Shown here: in pieces, positions 38,901-51,500 of the stretch | Layout: each line of letters starts with the position of its first letter | How positions within the stretch are numbered: position 1 is the stretch's first letter | NCBI GenBank assembly: GCA_002633005.1 | Contig: NMRA01000305.1 | Coordinates: 280,195 to 344,112, forward strand | Direction of reading: 5' to 3' | Source of the DNA: Phoronis australis | Taxonomy: Eukaryota; Animalia; Phoronida | DNA: 63,918 nt | The notes under the pieces: model-generated | Database searches by the model: none | Told to the model about the DNA's origin: nothing | What the model saw: the letters and a program-made list of their open reading frames with translations, nothing else | Position numbers and translations under genes: made by a program

Positions 38901-41900
38901 CAATGGGGGCTCGTCATGTGTGACTGGTTATTCTTATCGCCACCTGGCTTTACCAGGGGATGCTTCTTCGTCGCAAGGGTGGCATAGTGGAACATGTTTC
39001 ACATCCTGCAAAAGCCCTCTTTATGTGTGATTAGATGCGAGAGCGTCCTTGTCCTCTAGAGGTCACTAGTATCCGGTTCCACATGATCAGAAGCCACATT
39101 GCTGCTTGAAAAAAATCTCCCATTGGTATTGTAATTCGATGATAATTAATGATATAGTATGAATGTGCCAATTTGCACCTGTTCATCTCTCATTTGGTTA
39201 TGTATAGAATTATTAACCGTGAAATGTCTTTAGTATTTCGACTTGCAAAATGCACCGAGTCTTAGTTGCCTGAAGCAATCATTTGCAGACATGCCATCGG
39301 AAATAGTTGGCACAGTTTGTTCATTATTGGCAACAATGGCTTGGTTTATGTAGGAGGGCTGGCTGTTCAGGTATCATGTTGCTTGCACCTGTGTAAAAGT
39401 AGATTGTATGCGTTTTTGCAGGAACTGCGCTGAAAACTTCCTGTTTTGTGTGAGTGATGTTGGCCGGCAGGCACCCCAGTTTGGAGACGCGGCCACAATA
39501 GCAGTAGCGCTGTTAGATTCTGGCTACGAGTTCGACGTGGGTGCACTGCTCTACAACCAGTTCAAGTGAGTATCTTCTAGACATTTAATGGCTACGACCT
39601 GTAGGTGTCGCCTAGGGTTGTTTAGTGAAGCATCATCTTCAAAATCCCGTCATTTTTCTGGAATGCGTTTCAAAGCTTTTTTGCATTCCTGATTCTATGT
39701 GGTTAGGCTACGGACTGACCACAGCTCCTGCATTACCTCTGCGCCTTCATCTAACTGATACTGCAGTTTCTATGGTCATGTGTTCCTGGATTGTTGTTGC
39801 AAATTTGCTATAAAAGTGGTCGTGGACTTGACGTGCAAATTACCTGACAAGTTTTTTGTTCATAGTTTCTCACTTAAACATGAGGAATTGTATGTTGTGA
39901 ACAAGTGACTGCTTTAATTGGTATTTGTCTCATGTGGCAGTTAGTCATTGTGCATGTGGCTGTTTAGTGTATTGATTGTCTCCACTTTATCTGTGCATGT
40001 GTGCGTATGTGTGACCTTCAGTTGCTTCTTGTTCCTTAGTTCCCCTTTGATGGTTGTGTACTCGTTGTTTGCAGTGTTTGAAACCGTCCGTTGCTCCATG
40101 TACCTTTGTTCACCGTTAATGGTGTGTGTTCATTGTCTTCAGTGTGTGATACCGTCAGTTGTTCCCTGTACCTTTGTTCATTTTTGTTGCTTTGCGTGTT
40201 GTATGCAGTGTGTGGGACCCTCGATTGCTCCCTGTACCTTTGTTCATCTTTGATGTGTGTGTGGTCATTATCTTCAGTGTGTGATACTGTTAGTTGTTCC
40301 CAGTACCTTTGTCCATCTTTGATGGTGTGTGTGTTCATTCTTTGCAGTGTGTGAGACCCTTGGTTGCTCCTTGTACTTTTTTTCATCTTAAGTTTGATAG
40401 TGTGCATATTCATTGTCTGCAATGTGTGAAACCTTCAGTTGTTTCCTGTACCTTTGTTCATCTTTGATGATGTGCGTGTTCATTGTCTTAGCGTGTAAAA
40501 TCCTCAGTTGGCCCCTGTGCCTTTGCTCACCTTCCATGGTCCGTATGTTCATGGTCCCCATTGCTTTGCAGGTCTGTCATCTCCTATATATCGAAAGAGC
40601 TGCCTGTCTTCTCTATGGACGCTGTGTCCACAGCTGGCAAGATCAGTCTCTATGATAGCCTGGATGACGAGGTGCTACGCTCATACAATGAGTTTGCCCT
40701 GGCTAGCCTCACCTACTTTGCTATGAAGGAAGGTGCAGCCAGTGAGCAGAGCTCAAGGATGACAGCTATGGATGGAGCTAGCAAGAATGCAGGTCAGTTG
40801 ATGTAGAACTTAGAATTCTTGTAACATGGTTTTCTTGGTAATAGTCACTGAGTAACAAGCATCAAACTGATTCTTAAAACTGAGGACCCCTTAAGTGATT
40901 ATTGTCGTTTTCTTTATAAAATTATGATTCTTGATTCTGACTTTTGTTATTTCCGTAAGCTTGTATCTGAAGCACTGGAATGTTTTTACAACTGTGAAAA
41001 AATCAGATTTTCTTTTAGAAATTGAAATCCATGGGCTCGCCTGAGGTAAATTACCATACTTTTAAAAGAGTATTCGTTTTGGGGACAATATCTGAAACAG
41101 AACATAACGATTTTATTTTAACTGACTTTGTTTAAATGTGTAAAAATGGTATATCAAGCTAAAATTAAAGATATAATACCCATTATTTTTGGTTTTATCT
41201 GAATGTTGAAACATGAGTTTTACAATTTCTTCAGAAAAAGGGTATATTGAGAGACATTTCTCTTGGGCAGTCACACTGATTGTGTGTGTGGGTTTGGATG
41301 TGTGGGGTTGATTTTACCTTTTTATGCACCCATATATTTATATGTGGATGCATTATGGCGTCCGTCCGGTGTCCGCCGTCCGCTGCTCTATCTCCAAAAC
41401 CGATTGACATATGTTCATGAAAATTTTGAACATGTGTTCCTTTCATGGATGGGGTGGCATGAGCGAACTTTCAGACGGATCCGACTACCGTTGTGCCCCC
41501 TAGTGGCAATTTACTTTTTTACGTTTTACCTCTGTATCTTCAAAGGTCCTCAAGGTATTTTCATGAAATTTGGTATATTGGCATCTATTAGTGAAACGAC
41601 GACATCCTCCCGTTTTCGGATGGATTCGATGTAGTTTGCGCCACCTAGTGGCCATTTTTACTGTTTTCGAGTCTGTTTTTTGACATCCACCCCTCTATCA
41701 ACCAAACTGTTCTAAGCATGATTGTGAAAATTGGCATGTATGTTCTTACTATGAAGAGGACGGTTGACGATGATTTTACGACGACTTCAACTACTGTGGC
41801 ACCTCCTAGTGGCAGTTTTTTTTTGCGCCTATGGCTTTATCTCCTAAACCATTTTGCAACATCTTTACTAAATTTAATAAGTGCATTTATATGATGTTGG

Positions 41901-43624
41901 CAATGGACGACGACGACTTTCGGACTACTGGTGTGCCACCTAGTGGCAATTTTATTTTTTACGTTTTCCTCTGTATCTTCAAAGGTCCTCAACGTATTTT
42001 CATAAAATTTGGTGTACAGGCTTCTGTTAGTGTGGTGATGCTATCTTTCCATGTTCAGATGGATTCGACCTAGTTTGCTCCACCTAGTGGCCATTTTTAC
42101 TGTTTTCGAGTCTATTTTTTGGCGTACACCCCTCTATAAACCAAACCGCTTTTAGGATAATTGTGAAAGTTGGCATGAATGTTTTTACTGGAAAGTGAAC
42201 AGCTGACAATGATTTTCCGATGACTTTGACTACTGTGTCACCTCCTGGTGGCAGTTTCTTTTTTGCGCCCATGGCTGTATCTCCTAAACCGTTTGTAGGA
42301 TCTTTACTAAATTTAAGAGGTGTGTTTATATGATGTTGACAACGAACGATGATTTTGGGGTGGATCTGAGTACTGTTATGCCCCCTGGTGGCAATTTAAG
42401 TTTACATTTACCTCTGTATCTCCAAAGGTCCTCAACGGATTTTCATAAAATTTTGAATATGTGCAATCTATTGATGAGATGACGCTATCCTCCCATTTTT
42501 GGATGGAATCGAGGTAATTTGCGCCGCCTGGTTGCCATTTTTGCTGTTTTCGAGTCCAATGAACACTGTGCCCCCTAATGGCAATTTCATTTTATTCTGT
42601 TTTCCTTTGTTTCTCTGAAGTTCCTTGGCGGATTTCTATGAAATTTGGAATTTGGTGTATAGCTTTCTATTAAAGAAGCAATGACCTGTTCCCATTTTCG
42701 GACGGATTGACTATGTTTTTGCACCATCTAGTGCCCATTTTATGTCACAAATAAGCAACCCTAAAAGCACACCATTTGCGATGCATTCGTGGGCGCATTT
42801 CAACGCTTCACGTTGCTCTTGTTTCCATCTGTATTTACGTTCACGTTGTTCAATATTCAGTGTTCTCCACGACCACTTTTAATGTGTCACTGCGTCCTGT
42901 TTGGCCGAGCGCACGTCCTGTTTAAATGTCTCGCGTTCTGTTTAAAAATCCAGCATCCTGTTTAAAAATCCTGCGACCAGTTTAAAAATATAGGGACTAC
43001 TTTGTAAAAAAGGCGTCGTCGTTAATAAGGACTTCACTGGTTCAAATTACGCTTGACGGCAACTGGCCATTGCCCAATGAAACTCAATAAAGGCTAAAGG
43101 AAGTGCTCAGTTGTGGACAGCCTAATCACCGATCTCACTCAAGCAGCAGACCGGGCCACTAGTCTATTTATGGGGTAACGCAGCGTGTAGATAATCCCTC
43201 AATTATCTTTTCAATTCATCTGGAACAACTAGTCAATTTAAACAAAGGCCCTGTGCTACCTATTCGCCTAATCCACTACCTGCTCAATGGAGGTGCAGTC
43301 CGTCACGAAAGTCGCTGGTTGTTGCGTTAGGCCTTTTCGCTTTTGTAGTCACCTTTTTGTGTTCGGCGGACAACTGATCATATTATATGTTGGTGTGTGT
43401 GTGATCTGGGGACCTCTGTTTGTTTTAAATACATTACGTCTTGCGTGCTAGTTAAGTTCTATAGACAAGGACAGAATGACATTGTGCGCTCCAGACTGTA
43501 GTAACGCTATGCTTTTTCAGGCGAGATGATTGACAAGCTGACAATGACGTACAACAGAACAAGACAGGCTGTCATCACAAGAGAACTCATTGAAATCATC
43601 TCTGGTGCAGCTGCACTCAAATAA
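32908..43624 (+). CDS. ATP5F1C: Mitochondrial ATP synthase F1 subunit gamma, about 291 aa, 7 coding exons
   Basis: Exons 32908-32945, 35790-35824, 36563-36694, 38047-38248, 39422-39565, 40572-40792, 43521-43624; phases consistent. [105 protein letters not shown]. Confidence 0.96.
33761..34241. mobile_element. hAT-like MITE in ATP5F1C intron 1
   Basis: TIRs CAGGCCTTTATCCAG and CTGCATAAAGCCCTG; 8-bp flanks CGTGTACG and TGTGTACG (7/8 match, hAT-type TSD length). Confidence 0.7.
40010..40571. repeat. Minisatellite of about 66-70 bp, about 8 diverged units, abutting an ATP5F1C acceptor
   Basis: Recurrent CAGTGTGTGA...CAGTTG.TCCCTGTACCTTTGTTCATCTTTGATG. Confidence 0.85.
41319..42823 (+). mobile_element. 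Apparently full-length HINE-like element with internal tandem array
   Basis: Subterminal inverted repeats (ATGCACCC at the 5' end, GGGCGCAT at about 42791), GTCC microsatellite remnant, about 10 tandem monomers, 3' hairpin CAACG-cttca-CGTTG then CTCTTGTT; T-rich ends with no obvious TSD. Confidence 0.75.
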
Positions 43625-44405
43625 TGCTGGTGTGGGTTTAGGTAAGTAGAACTCAGGTCAGAGCATGTCTAAACCTTTTGATGAAAGGGGGTGAGGGGGG
43701 CTGGCAGAAATGGGCAATTTTGACCACAGAGATTCCTCGAATGTGACACCGTGCGTGGGATTTTTAATTAGATTGTACAATGCTTAGTTTAGTCTCACTG
43801 CAGGTTTTTCCTGTTTTTGAGATCATGCCGAGACGGCCTTGGTTTGTGACAAAGGCCTTAGAAAAACAGAATCTGTTCTAGATGGTTGAATGAGGAAATT
43901 TGAAATTATTCATGGGAGTACATTTTCTCCTTGCTAAATGGAAATTATAAACTAAGTTATTTTACCACTGTCACTAATTTATGTCTCCATTTCATGTCAA
44001 GTAATTTACTTCCTCTATAAAATTCTTGAAGATATGAGCAAGTAAAAAGTGCGTCAAAATGTTCAACAATTTTGTAGGAGTTGGTCAGTTCTATGATTAT
44101 GCAGGTAGGTAGGCTGGCCAAGCGGTGAAACTACATCATCCTTTGTGACAGGCGGCTGTAGAAGGTCTCAATGCTATGCATCGACATTTTTGTCGCAGTT
44201 TGTCACAAAATTCAAACGACTGTAACCATTACTAACCTTCCTTAATGGACTGGAAAGTGGTGGTCAGATAGTTGAAAATTCTCACTTAGATTTTTTCTTT
44301 TGAGTTCTCTGTCTCGGCATAAGTTTATTGCAACTAAGGCTCCGCCTTCCATCATGTTAATTAGGATTCTGTTACCATCATTAATTACATCACGTTTACT
44401 TTCAG

Positions 44406-44600
44406 AATGTACCTCTTACAAAGTAGCTGTTCCGTGTACATCAAGTCTTCTGCACTCGGTAGTGTATGGAAATTATAGAAATATGCAGTTATATCACCAC
44501 TCAGAAGGTGCAGTTGATGTGACTAGGAAGTTGTTTATAAATTATGTGTGTTACGAAGGATTGTGATTGCTTAGAAAATAAACATGGTTTTCTAAGAAAT
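44406..44600 (+). other. Probable non-coding last exon of ATP5F1C with polyA signal
   Basis: Strong donor TAG|GTAAGT at 43641/43642, 17 nt after the stop; acceptor TTTACTTTCAG ending 44405; AATAAA near 44577-44582. Confidence 0.55.
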
Positions 44601-46129
44601 GGAAGTTGTTATCGGGAGCAGTGTTCGTCTTGGCTGTTGTTTGTGTTATTTGGTGCGTCATCTTGCATGCCATTTTGATTACGTTGTGAGAAATTACACT
44701 TAAGAAACGTAACCCATGTCCTACATTTTGTTAATGTCGTACCATAAGATTCAAGTCCAGTTTCCAAATACATTGTACATAATTCAGAGGCCGCCCTGGT
44801 TTCCTGTTTTCAAAAACAGAAATTTGTTTCAGCAAACTTTAATTTCCTTTTTTCCATTGTCTAAACCATCAAATTCTGTTTTTCTATTTCAAAGTAACAT
44901 AATGATCTGGGAATTGCCTTAATTTTCCGCTGAATTGTACCCCAGCTGTGTTTTACTGATAATTTGCTGCATGCCATGTTTGTCGTTTCTCAAATTCGAA
45001 AAGAACACCGCCACCTTCAGAAAGAATGAACTACTTGAATATGTATGCTGCATAGCCATTGATTTGTGTCTAGAATATGTCAAATTTGAAGCAGTTTATT
45101 TCGAATTTTTGGTAATTAAAAAACCCAAGCTATTAGAATTCTGGAAATTCCATTTGAAAACTCCCATTCCGTCTACGAAGTCAGTTTCCGTAATAGTGGA
45201 AAAACAGGATTGTTTTAGTTGCGGCCAGTGTACTGATTTCTTTACCCGTGCACTCTAGAATTCGGACCCCAAAATTGCTAGAAGGTGGGTCCAATGGAGC
45301 CCTGTACTTGAACATCAAGGGTGAACACCTCACAAGAAACTATTCGGAGTATAAGCAATGAATGTGATTCGGTTACAAAAAGTAAAATTTATTGACCACT
45401 CCCAGAATAGACTACAAGCATATCACGATATAATAACTGTAGAACAAAACCATTGTATCAGCACTACAAAACACAATGCGCCAAAAATTACGTGCTACAG
45501 CAGTGAATCTGAAATACACACATTTGTATTCACATAAAACCAGAGATTCCACTGTGAGAATTTTAGGTAAAAAGCGCATAGCAGGTTCTGGTCTATACGT
45601 GTGCTCACCGTCTAAAATGAAACGCCCACCCACATCAATTTCAACCAAGGGTTTTTTTGAATAGAGGCACATTATATAAGCAAGAGAGAGTTAGGTTTGA
45701 AATTCCATGAATTGCCAAGTGACGAGTAAGCAAATCCCGCATCCTACTTGCTCGTCTCGGGTGTATTTTCTTTTTTGAAAGTGTGAGCAATTAAAAAGTA
45801 CCTCACTACTAATTCAACATTTAAAGAAAGAGACCAGAACCAGCTACATTTTTCACCTTAACTGAGTATATCTCTTTGACTCCCTAAAACCACTTTTAAG
45901 GCTCTGATGTAGTATAGCCTTACCAAATCTGTGTACGGATTACACGGTTGGGAATGACGAATACACCTGAAAGCTCTGTAACTGAGGATAGTCGGAGATT
46001 AACTATTCGACAAAAATAACACAGTATACCCGTCTTCTGAAAATGAGAGAAAATTCACAATGCACACACTCGGTAATATCTATACTTACACTCGGCATAA
46101 TCCCAGAATGCTTAAAGTGACCATAAACC

Positions 46130-46415
46130 CAGGGCCTATTCCAAGAGAGTGACTTAAGTTCATTTTTTTACTTAAGTCTAAAATTTGTCTCACCTCCCGA
46201 ACTTTGAAACTTCCACAAGAGGCAAGTTAGTCAAAATTAAGACAAAACTTGATTGACCAATCAGATCGCAGCATTCTTGAGACACTTGTTTCCAAGCCGT
46301 CATTTTACCCATCAAACAACACGTCAGGTAAAACTTAGTGGTTTGTCGACTATTCGCAAGGGGTGGAGCTTGCGATAGGTCAATTAGCCAAGTCAGTTTT
46401 CTCAAAACGGGCCCT
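46130..46415. repeat. Dispersed repeat (MITE-like); related copy near 18550-18715
   Basis: Shared TGACCAA...CGCAGCA..CTTGA and GAGCTTGCGATA.GTCAATT segments; CAGGGCC and GGGCCCT ends. Confidence 0.5.
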
Positions 46416-47341
46416 CCCCACTAAAAATTAGTTTCTGATTTAGACCACTTGCTGTAACTCGAATTGTTTCCAAGGCAAAATAGATGTCATTTCTGAGGTT
46501 GGAAAGAGTTGAAAGTTTGTTATTGCTTGAGACCAGGCTCAACAGGTTTGCTTGCCACGGCAACCATTTCATGTCATGACGAGCATAGTCTTGAATAACG
46601 AGCTGTCAGTTCTTTACAAGGCCAAAATTCACTTCTCATCTGGGTAAGGAACACGACGTCAGCAATTTTATAGCAGTAAGTCGTCTAAATCCAAATTTAG
46701 CTTCTTCGATGAAACACCGGTTTATTGTCCCTTTAAGGCAATCTCTAGTGGTCCCGACATTACCATTGGATTAACGGCATGACGAAAGCACTGAACAGCA
46801 CAATATATGACACAAGGCACTTGAAGCAATAAGAAAAATATAAACTGTTGCACCAAATATTGCTTTTTTACAAATAAATTGTATATCATAATTTATAAAT
46901 CAAAACACCAAATTAATAAAACCCAAATCCCAATAAATAACAATACAACATGTAAAGCACCTGTTACTAATGGAAGGTAGTTCTATGACTAATATGATTC
47001 ATAAAACATAAAAACAGTAAAAGTTATGAGACACTTCATTCATAAAACTCTCTTATCTTATTATGGCATCGGCACTGACCATCACCAACCACATTAGATG
47101 GAGGGGAGTATCTAATACTTTTAAAACAGGTGAATAAGAAAAAAATACTCGTCATTTACCTCCCCCTATTGCCAATTATGCAACAATCGCACACTTATTA
47201 TTCTTGGGTATTGTCAAAACTTATTCTCCAATTTCAGCCACCATAATCTCCCCAATCGCTACCCCCCTCAACCACCCAATTTTTATAAATTTTATAAAAA
47301 TTAAAAATTACCAATACTTCCACAACACATTTAATTGAAAT

Positions 47342-47503
47342 CAGGGGTGGATACAGGATTTTTAAAAGGGGGGGGTCAGATTGAGGATTTTTTTGAAAAG
47401 GAGGGTCCAAGTAAACAATTTAAAAATTCTAGGTCTGGTATCACTAAAATCAATTGAAAAAGAGGGAGTTCAGACACCCTTGACCCCCACCCCTGGATCC
47501 GCC
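47342..47503. mobile_element. Short GG(C/T)GGATCCAGG...CCTGGATCCGCC MITE family; related copies near 826-1191, 28478-28620, 54840-55040
   Basis: Imperfect inverted ends with G-run and C-run subtermini seen four times in the window. Confidence 0.55.
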
Positions 47504-48514
47504 AAAGGAAATGTTGCAGTTCACATTATCATGGTTACAAAGACTGGCACAGAAGGCCAAGGCATCCTGCTCATTTTAAAACACTTCACCCAATGATCAC
47601 TACGCTTCTTCATTCAGTCAATCATAACGTAATTTCGTCATGATAGACTATCCAACTTGCCAACACGAGATGGTCCAAATTCCTGAGCAAACCGTAAGTC
47701 TCATTGGAGGACGATGTGATTACCCACCAATACAATAAAGCCGATGCCCTTTAGACCATTGTTGCCTAACAAATCAACACACTTAATCATAGCAAAGTTT
47801 TCTCCTGAAGCCAAAAGAGCTGCTTTGAGTTACACAATTTCTGTCTGGATCACACAAAGTACATGAAGGGAGTTTTTCCAGAAAGCACCAAACAAGCAGA
47901 AGGCATGCTGCTGGTTCAATGACTTTCACATTTCAAATCAATGTATTACAAATTCCTCTCATAGTTGGATATTTTTAAATTCATTCAAAGTTGCTGTAAC
48001 GTACTTCCTTTAGACAAAGGCAAGCACAACTTTCGTCACATCTGTGAAAGCGCGAATTTTAAACTTTAACAGTGGACAGCCAATTGGATATCTGGAATGC
48101 ATATAAACCGCCTCCTGCTGAGGGATACGGCTCAAAACGTGAAGTGATGATGCCAACCAAGTCTGATCGTACTCGGCAGTAGTGACCAAAACTCAGGCCA
48201 ATCTTCCCAGGAGAAGACTTAGCACTGTTCACTTAACTTTTTTTGATGGACTACCCTACTCTAACACCTTTTCCAGTTAATAATCCTTGAAGTCCCTAAA
48301 ATGTTGTCTTGACCATTTTGCGTTATAATCTATAGCTCCTCCCACATGTCCAATTCTTTTGATTCTACCAGTGATAGCAAGTGTTGTATTAAACATTTCC
48401 TTATTATGCTGCCAGACATATTCAGTGAACCTTTGCCCCATGAATCATCAACCATCAAGGGGCTCTTGAACTCTTTCAACGGCTTGCTCCTGACAGCAAT
48501 GACTCTGGTCACTA

Positions 48515-51500
48515 CTATAGGTCGACGTGAGCTTTGAGTCGCTCAGTCAACCACTTGATGATATCGCGCACCGCCCGTGGACCGTCCTCGCCAGGTTCAT
48601 TATGAAGGGAATGGAACCAGCCAGGATATAACTACAAGCGTAAAATAAACAATTCAGATTAAAGTTACGCAGGATTTTTTTGTCAGTGAATTTAGCCAAA
48701 CATGTAGAAACCTATAAAATTTTAATTCTGTAAAAGTGCAAACTTTCTGAAAGTAGAAAGCCTGTAAAATTTTACTTTTGACTTCATATCAATCTGTCAT
48801 TAATTGTTTTACGCGACCATGTCTTTGACTAAAATTTAAGAAAAATGAACCGTACATTCGTGTCAAAGTAATTTCAACGACATCACCATATTTCGTATGA
48901 TACAAAATTTAATGTACAAGTTGGGGAAATCTCAAAACTGCATTTTTTCCTTCCATTTTTGATAGCCCTCATGCAAAACTGAAACATTTAATCAAAGTTT
49001 TAGAGAACAGTGCATAACCTACAGAAACCGAAAGTTTTACGAACAGGATAAGCTATTTCCGAGATGTGATGTCCTACACTTCGCCAAGTCTGGACATTTA
49101 TGTAGGGTCCTACACCGTAACCTTAACAAAGCATGAGAAAGGAAAGTTTGCAATGAGAAGCTTCCTGCTCACTAGGTGGCGTTAGTGAGACAACACTCTT
49201 ACTTGAATGTGTGAACTCAGTAAGAAATAAGAGAGCAAGTAGACAAACCAGTGTTGCTTGTCTAAGATAGACGACTGAAAGATTGGTTATCAATAGGTAA
49301 ATATTACAGATAATACACATAGTTACGCAACTTACATCACATCTCAGACATGATGTAAAACCCTCAGTATGCAAGTGAGTGAATCTTCAGGTCTCAAATG
49401 GTTGGTGCAAAATAATGGCCCCGAAGTCAAGTCAGAAATCACATGCTCCACACTATATACACTTAGTACTAAATCTCACATGCTCCACACTATATACACT
49501 TAGTACTAAATCTCACATGCTCCACACTATATACACTTAGTACTAAATCTCACATGCTCCACACTATATACACTTAGTACTAAATCTCACTGGAGCAAAA
49601 GTGTTAAGTATTTGAGAATATACGCATTAGCTAGTAACTGAAATTATTTCTATGAATCATTTTTAGACCGTCGTGTGCTCATAATTACTTTGCTAAAACC
49701 TTTTTCAGCAACTGAGTAGTGGAAGCGTCAGACCAAATTTCTGTCTATGTCATAAGTCACTTTATATGCGCTAACTGCGAAGCGATACCGAAGCTAGTTA
49801 CAGTGAAACAACACATAAGGGTGAGATAAAAGTCATATATATTATGACAAACTGAACTACAACAGATATGGATAATTACAAAAGTTATAAACATGTTGAG
49901 GTGTAAAGGTAGGTGACAATCTGCTGTACTTTATATAGAAATTGACTGAAAATTAGAAACTTGAAGAGAATTATGGACGATGACACAGTGTTGCCACAAG
50001 ACAAAGAAATCACGTGGTACAATTGAACCAATAGTGGAAGAACAAAGAGGGTCACTGACCCGAGAATCCAAACAACAGGATAATGAGGACGAAGCAGTAT
50101 AGCTTACATAAAATAATTTAGTATTTAAATAATATTTCACGAATTCACCTGACCCCAGGTGCTAAGATTCAAATGTCCAAGATAGAAAAAACCAGTATAG
50201 CAAATGTACTTGATATTTCCATATGTAAACTGTAGGAAGACCAGTCAATAGATTACAAAGCATGCTCACAGCTGTCATCATGCAGCTGTCTGCTTACTGG
50301 TAATGCCAATGTGCTTAATGGTAGTCATGGAAACGAGTAAAGGTTACAAGTAGAAAACAAATATACCTTATGGAGCTCTGTTGAACATAATAACAGAGTA
50401 AACAAAACGCGAGGTATCTAGTTGTTAGGTTATGTAAGACCATGGAAAAATGTCCAATTTTCGCCAATTTCGGAACACCTCATCTCAGAAACGGCTGATC
50501 AGGTTTTGTTGAAACTTTCAGATACAATGTTTTACGCACTGTTTTAAATTGTTCCGCTATCACATGAGGGCTATCAAAAAATAGGACATCATTGTTATGA
50601 AAAATTATTAAAGTCAAATTGAATGAAAATGAAACGATAATTCTGAAAACTGTTAACAGCATTTAAATCTTGAACATTTATATCACATGAAATTTGGTCA
50701 ATGTTATTGATCCTGTTGTTTCGCTATGAATATCATACATTCTCCTTTTCCTATATTTTCATGAAAAAGAAAGGTCATGTGGCCTAATTAGTGGCAGATT
50801 GGTATAAAGTCAAACATGGAATTCTACAAAATTTCTGCTTTCAGAAAATATACACTTTGTCTATGTCAAATTCTACAGTTTTTTGTAGACATTTAGCTGA
50901 TTGTACATCAATAAGGCCCAGCATAAGGTTAATGGCATCGATCTAAACCAAAACAAAAAGGTCAGCTTTACAGGACAATACAAGTTCAAAATTATGGATT
51001 ATAGGTCACCAGCTTGCAATATGCGCACAAGGCACAATCTCCTCTTTAGGGGTGATTATGCAACCTACAGGTCAAACTCTGAATTCATTACACGAATTTG
51101 ACTGGCTGCGTAGCTAAAATTTAACTCAGAAAATACCTGGTAACATACAACATGCAGATGACACTGTCATTGTTTCTGTTCGTGAAGAAATCTCCTAGCT
51201 CATCCATAAAGAGATGGTTCATTTAATCCGATCACCATGCACCATAGCCCCATTTTACCAAAATTGTTTGCACACTTTTTTTCAAATTCAGCTGATTTGT
51301 TGTCAACACTTTAACAGCTGTGAGACTCTTTTCGTTCCACAGGCAAGTTGCAACATGGAGAATTTGGTACAAGAGTCATTGGCCGCGGCAAGTGGAGCAA
51401 CCGACAAGTGTGTGCAAGACAGTAACACGCACAGGCCTCACGTAACTGAGCAGGCATGCTAAATGAATGACTGGCACTTAATGAACAGAAGCCACCAACC

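Noticed and set aside
39948-40655. Overlapping Cys/His-rich ORFs of 80-128 aa
   Set aside because: Products of the intronic minisatellite; no recognisable protein family.
48515-48530. C-terminal HVDL of the lipase as an ER-retention signal
   Set aside because: Only loosely KDEL-like, and no signal peptide can be assessed because the N-terminus is missing.
49440-49590. 37-bp repeat as a possible CRISPR array
   Set aside because: Units are contiguous with no spacers, there are no cas genes, and the context is a eukaryotic intron.
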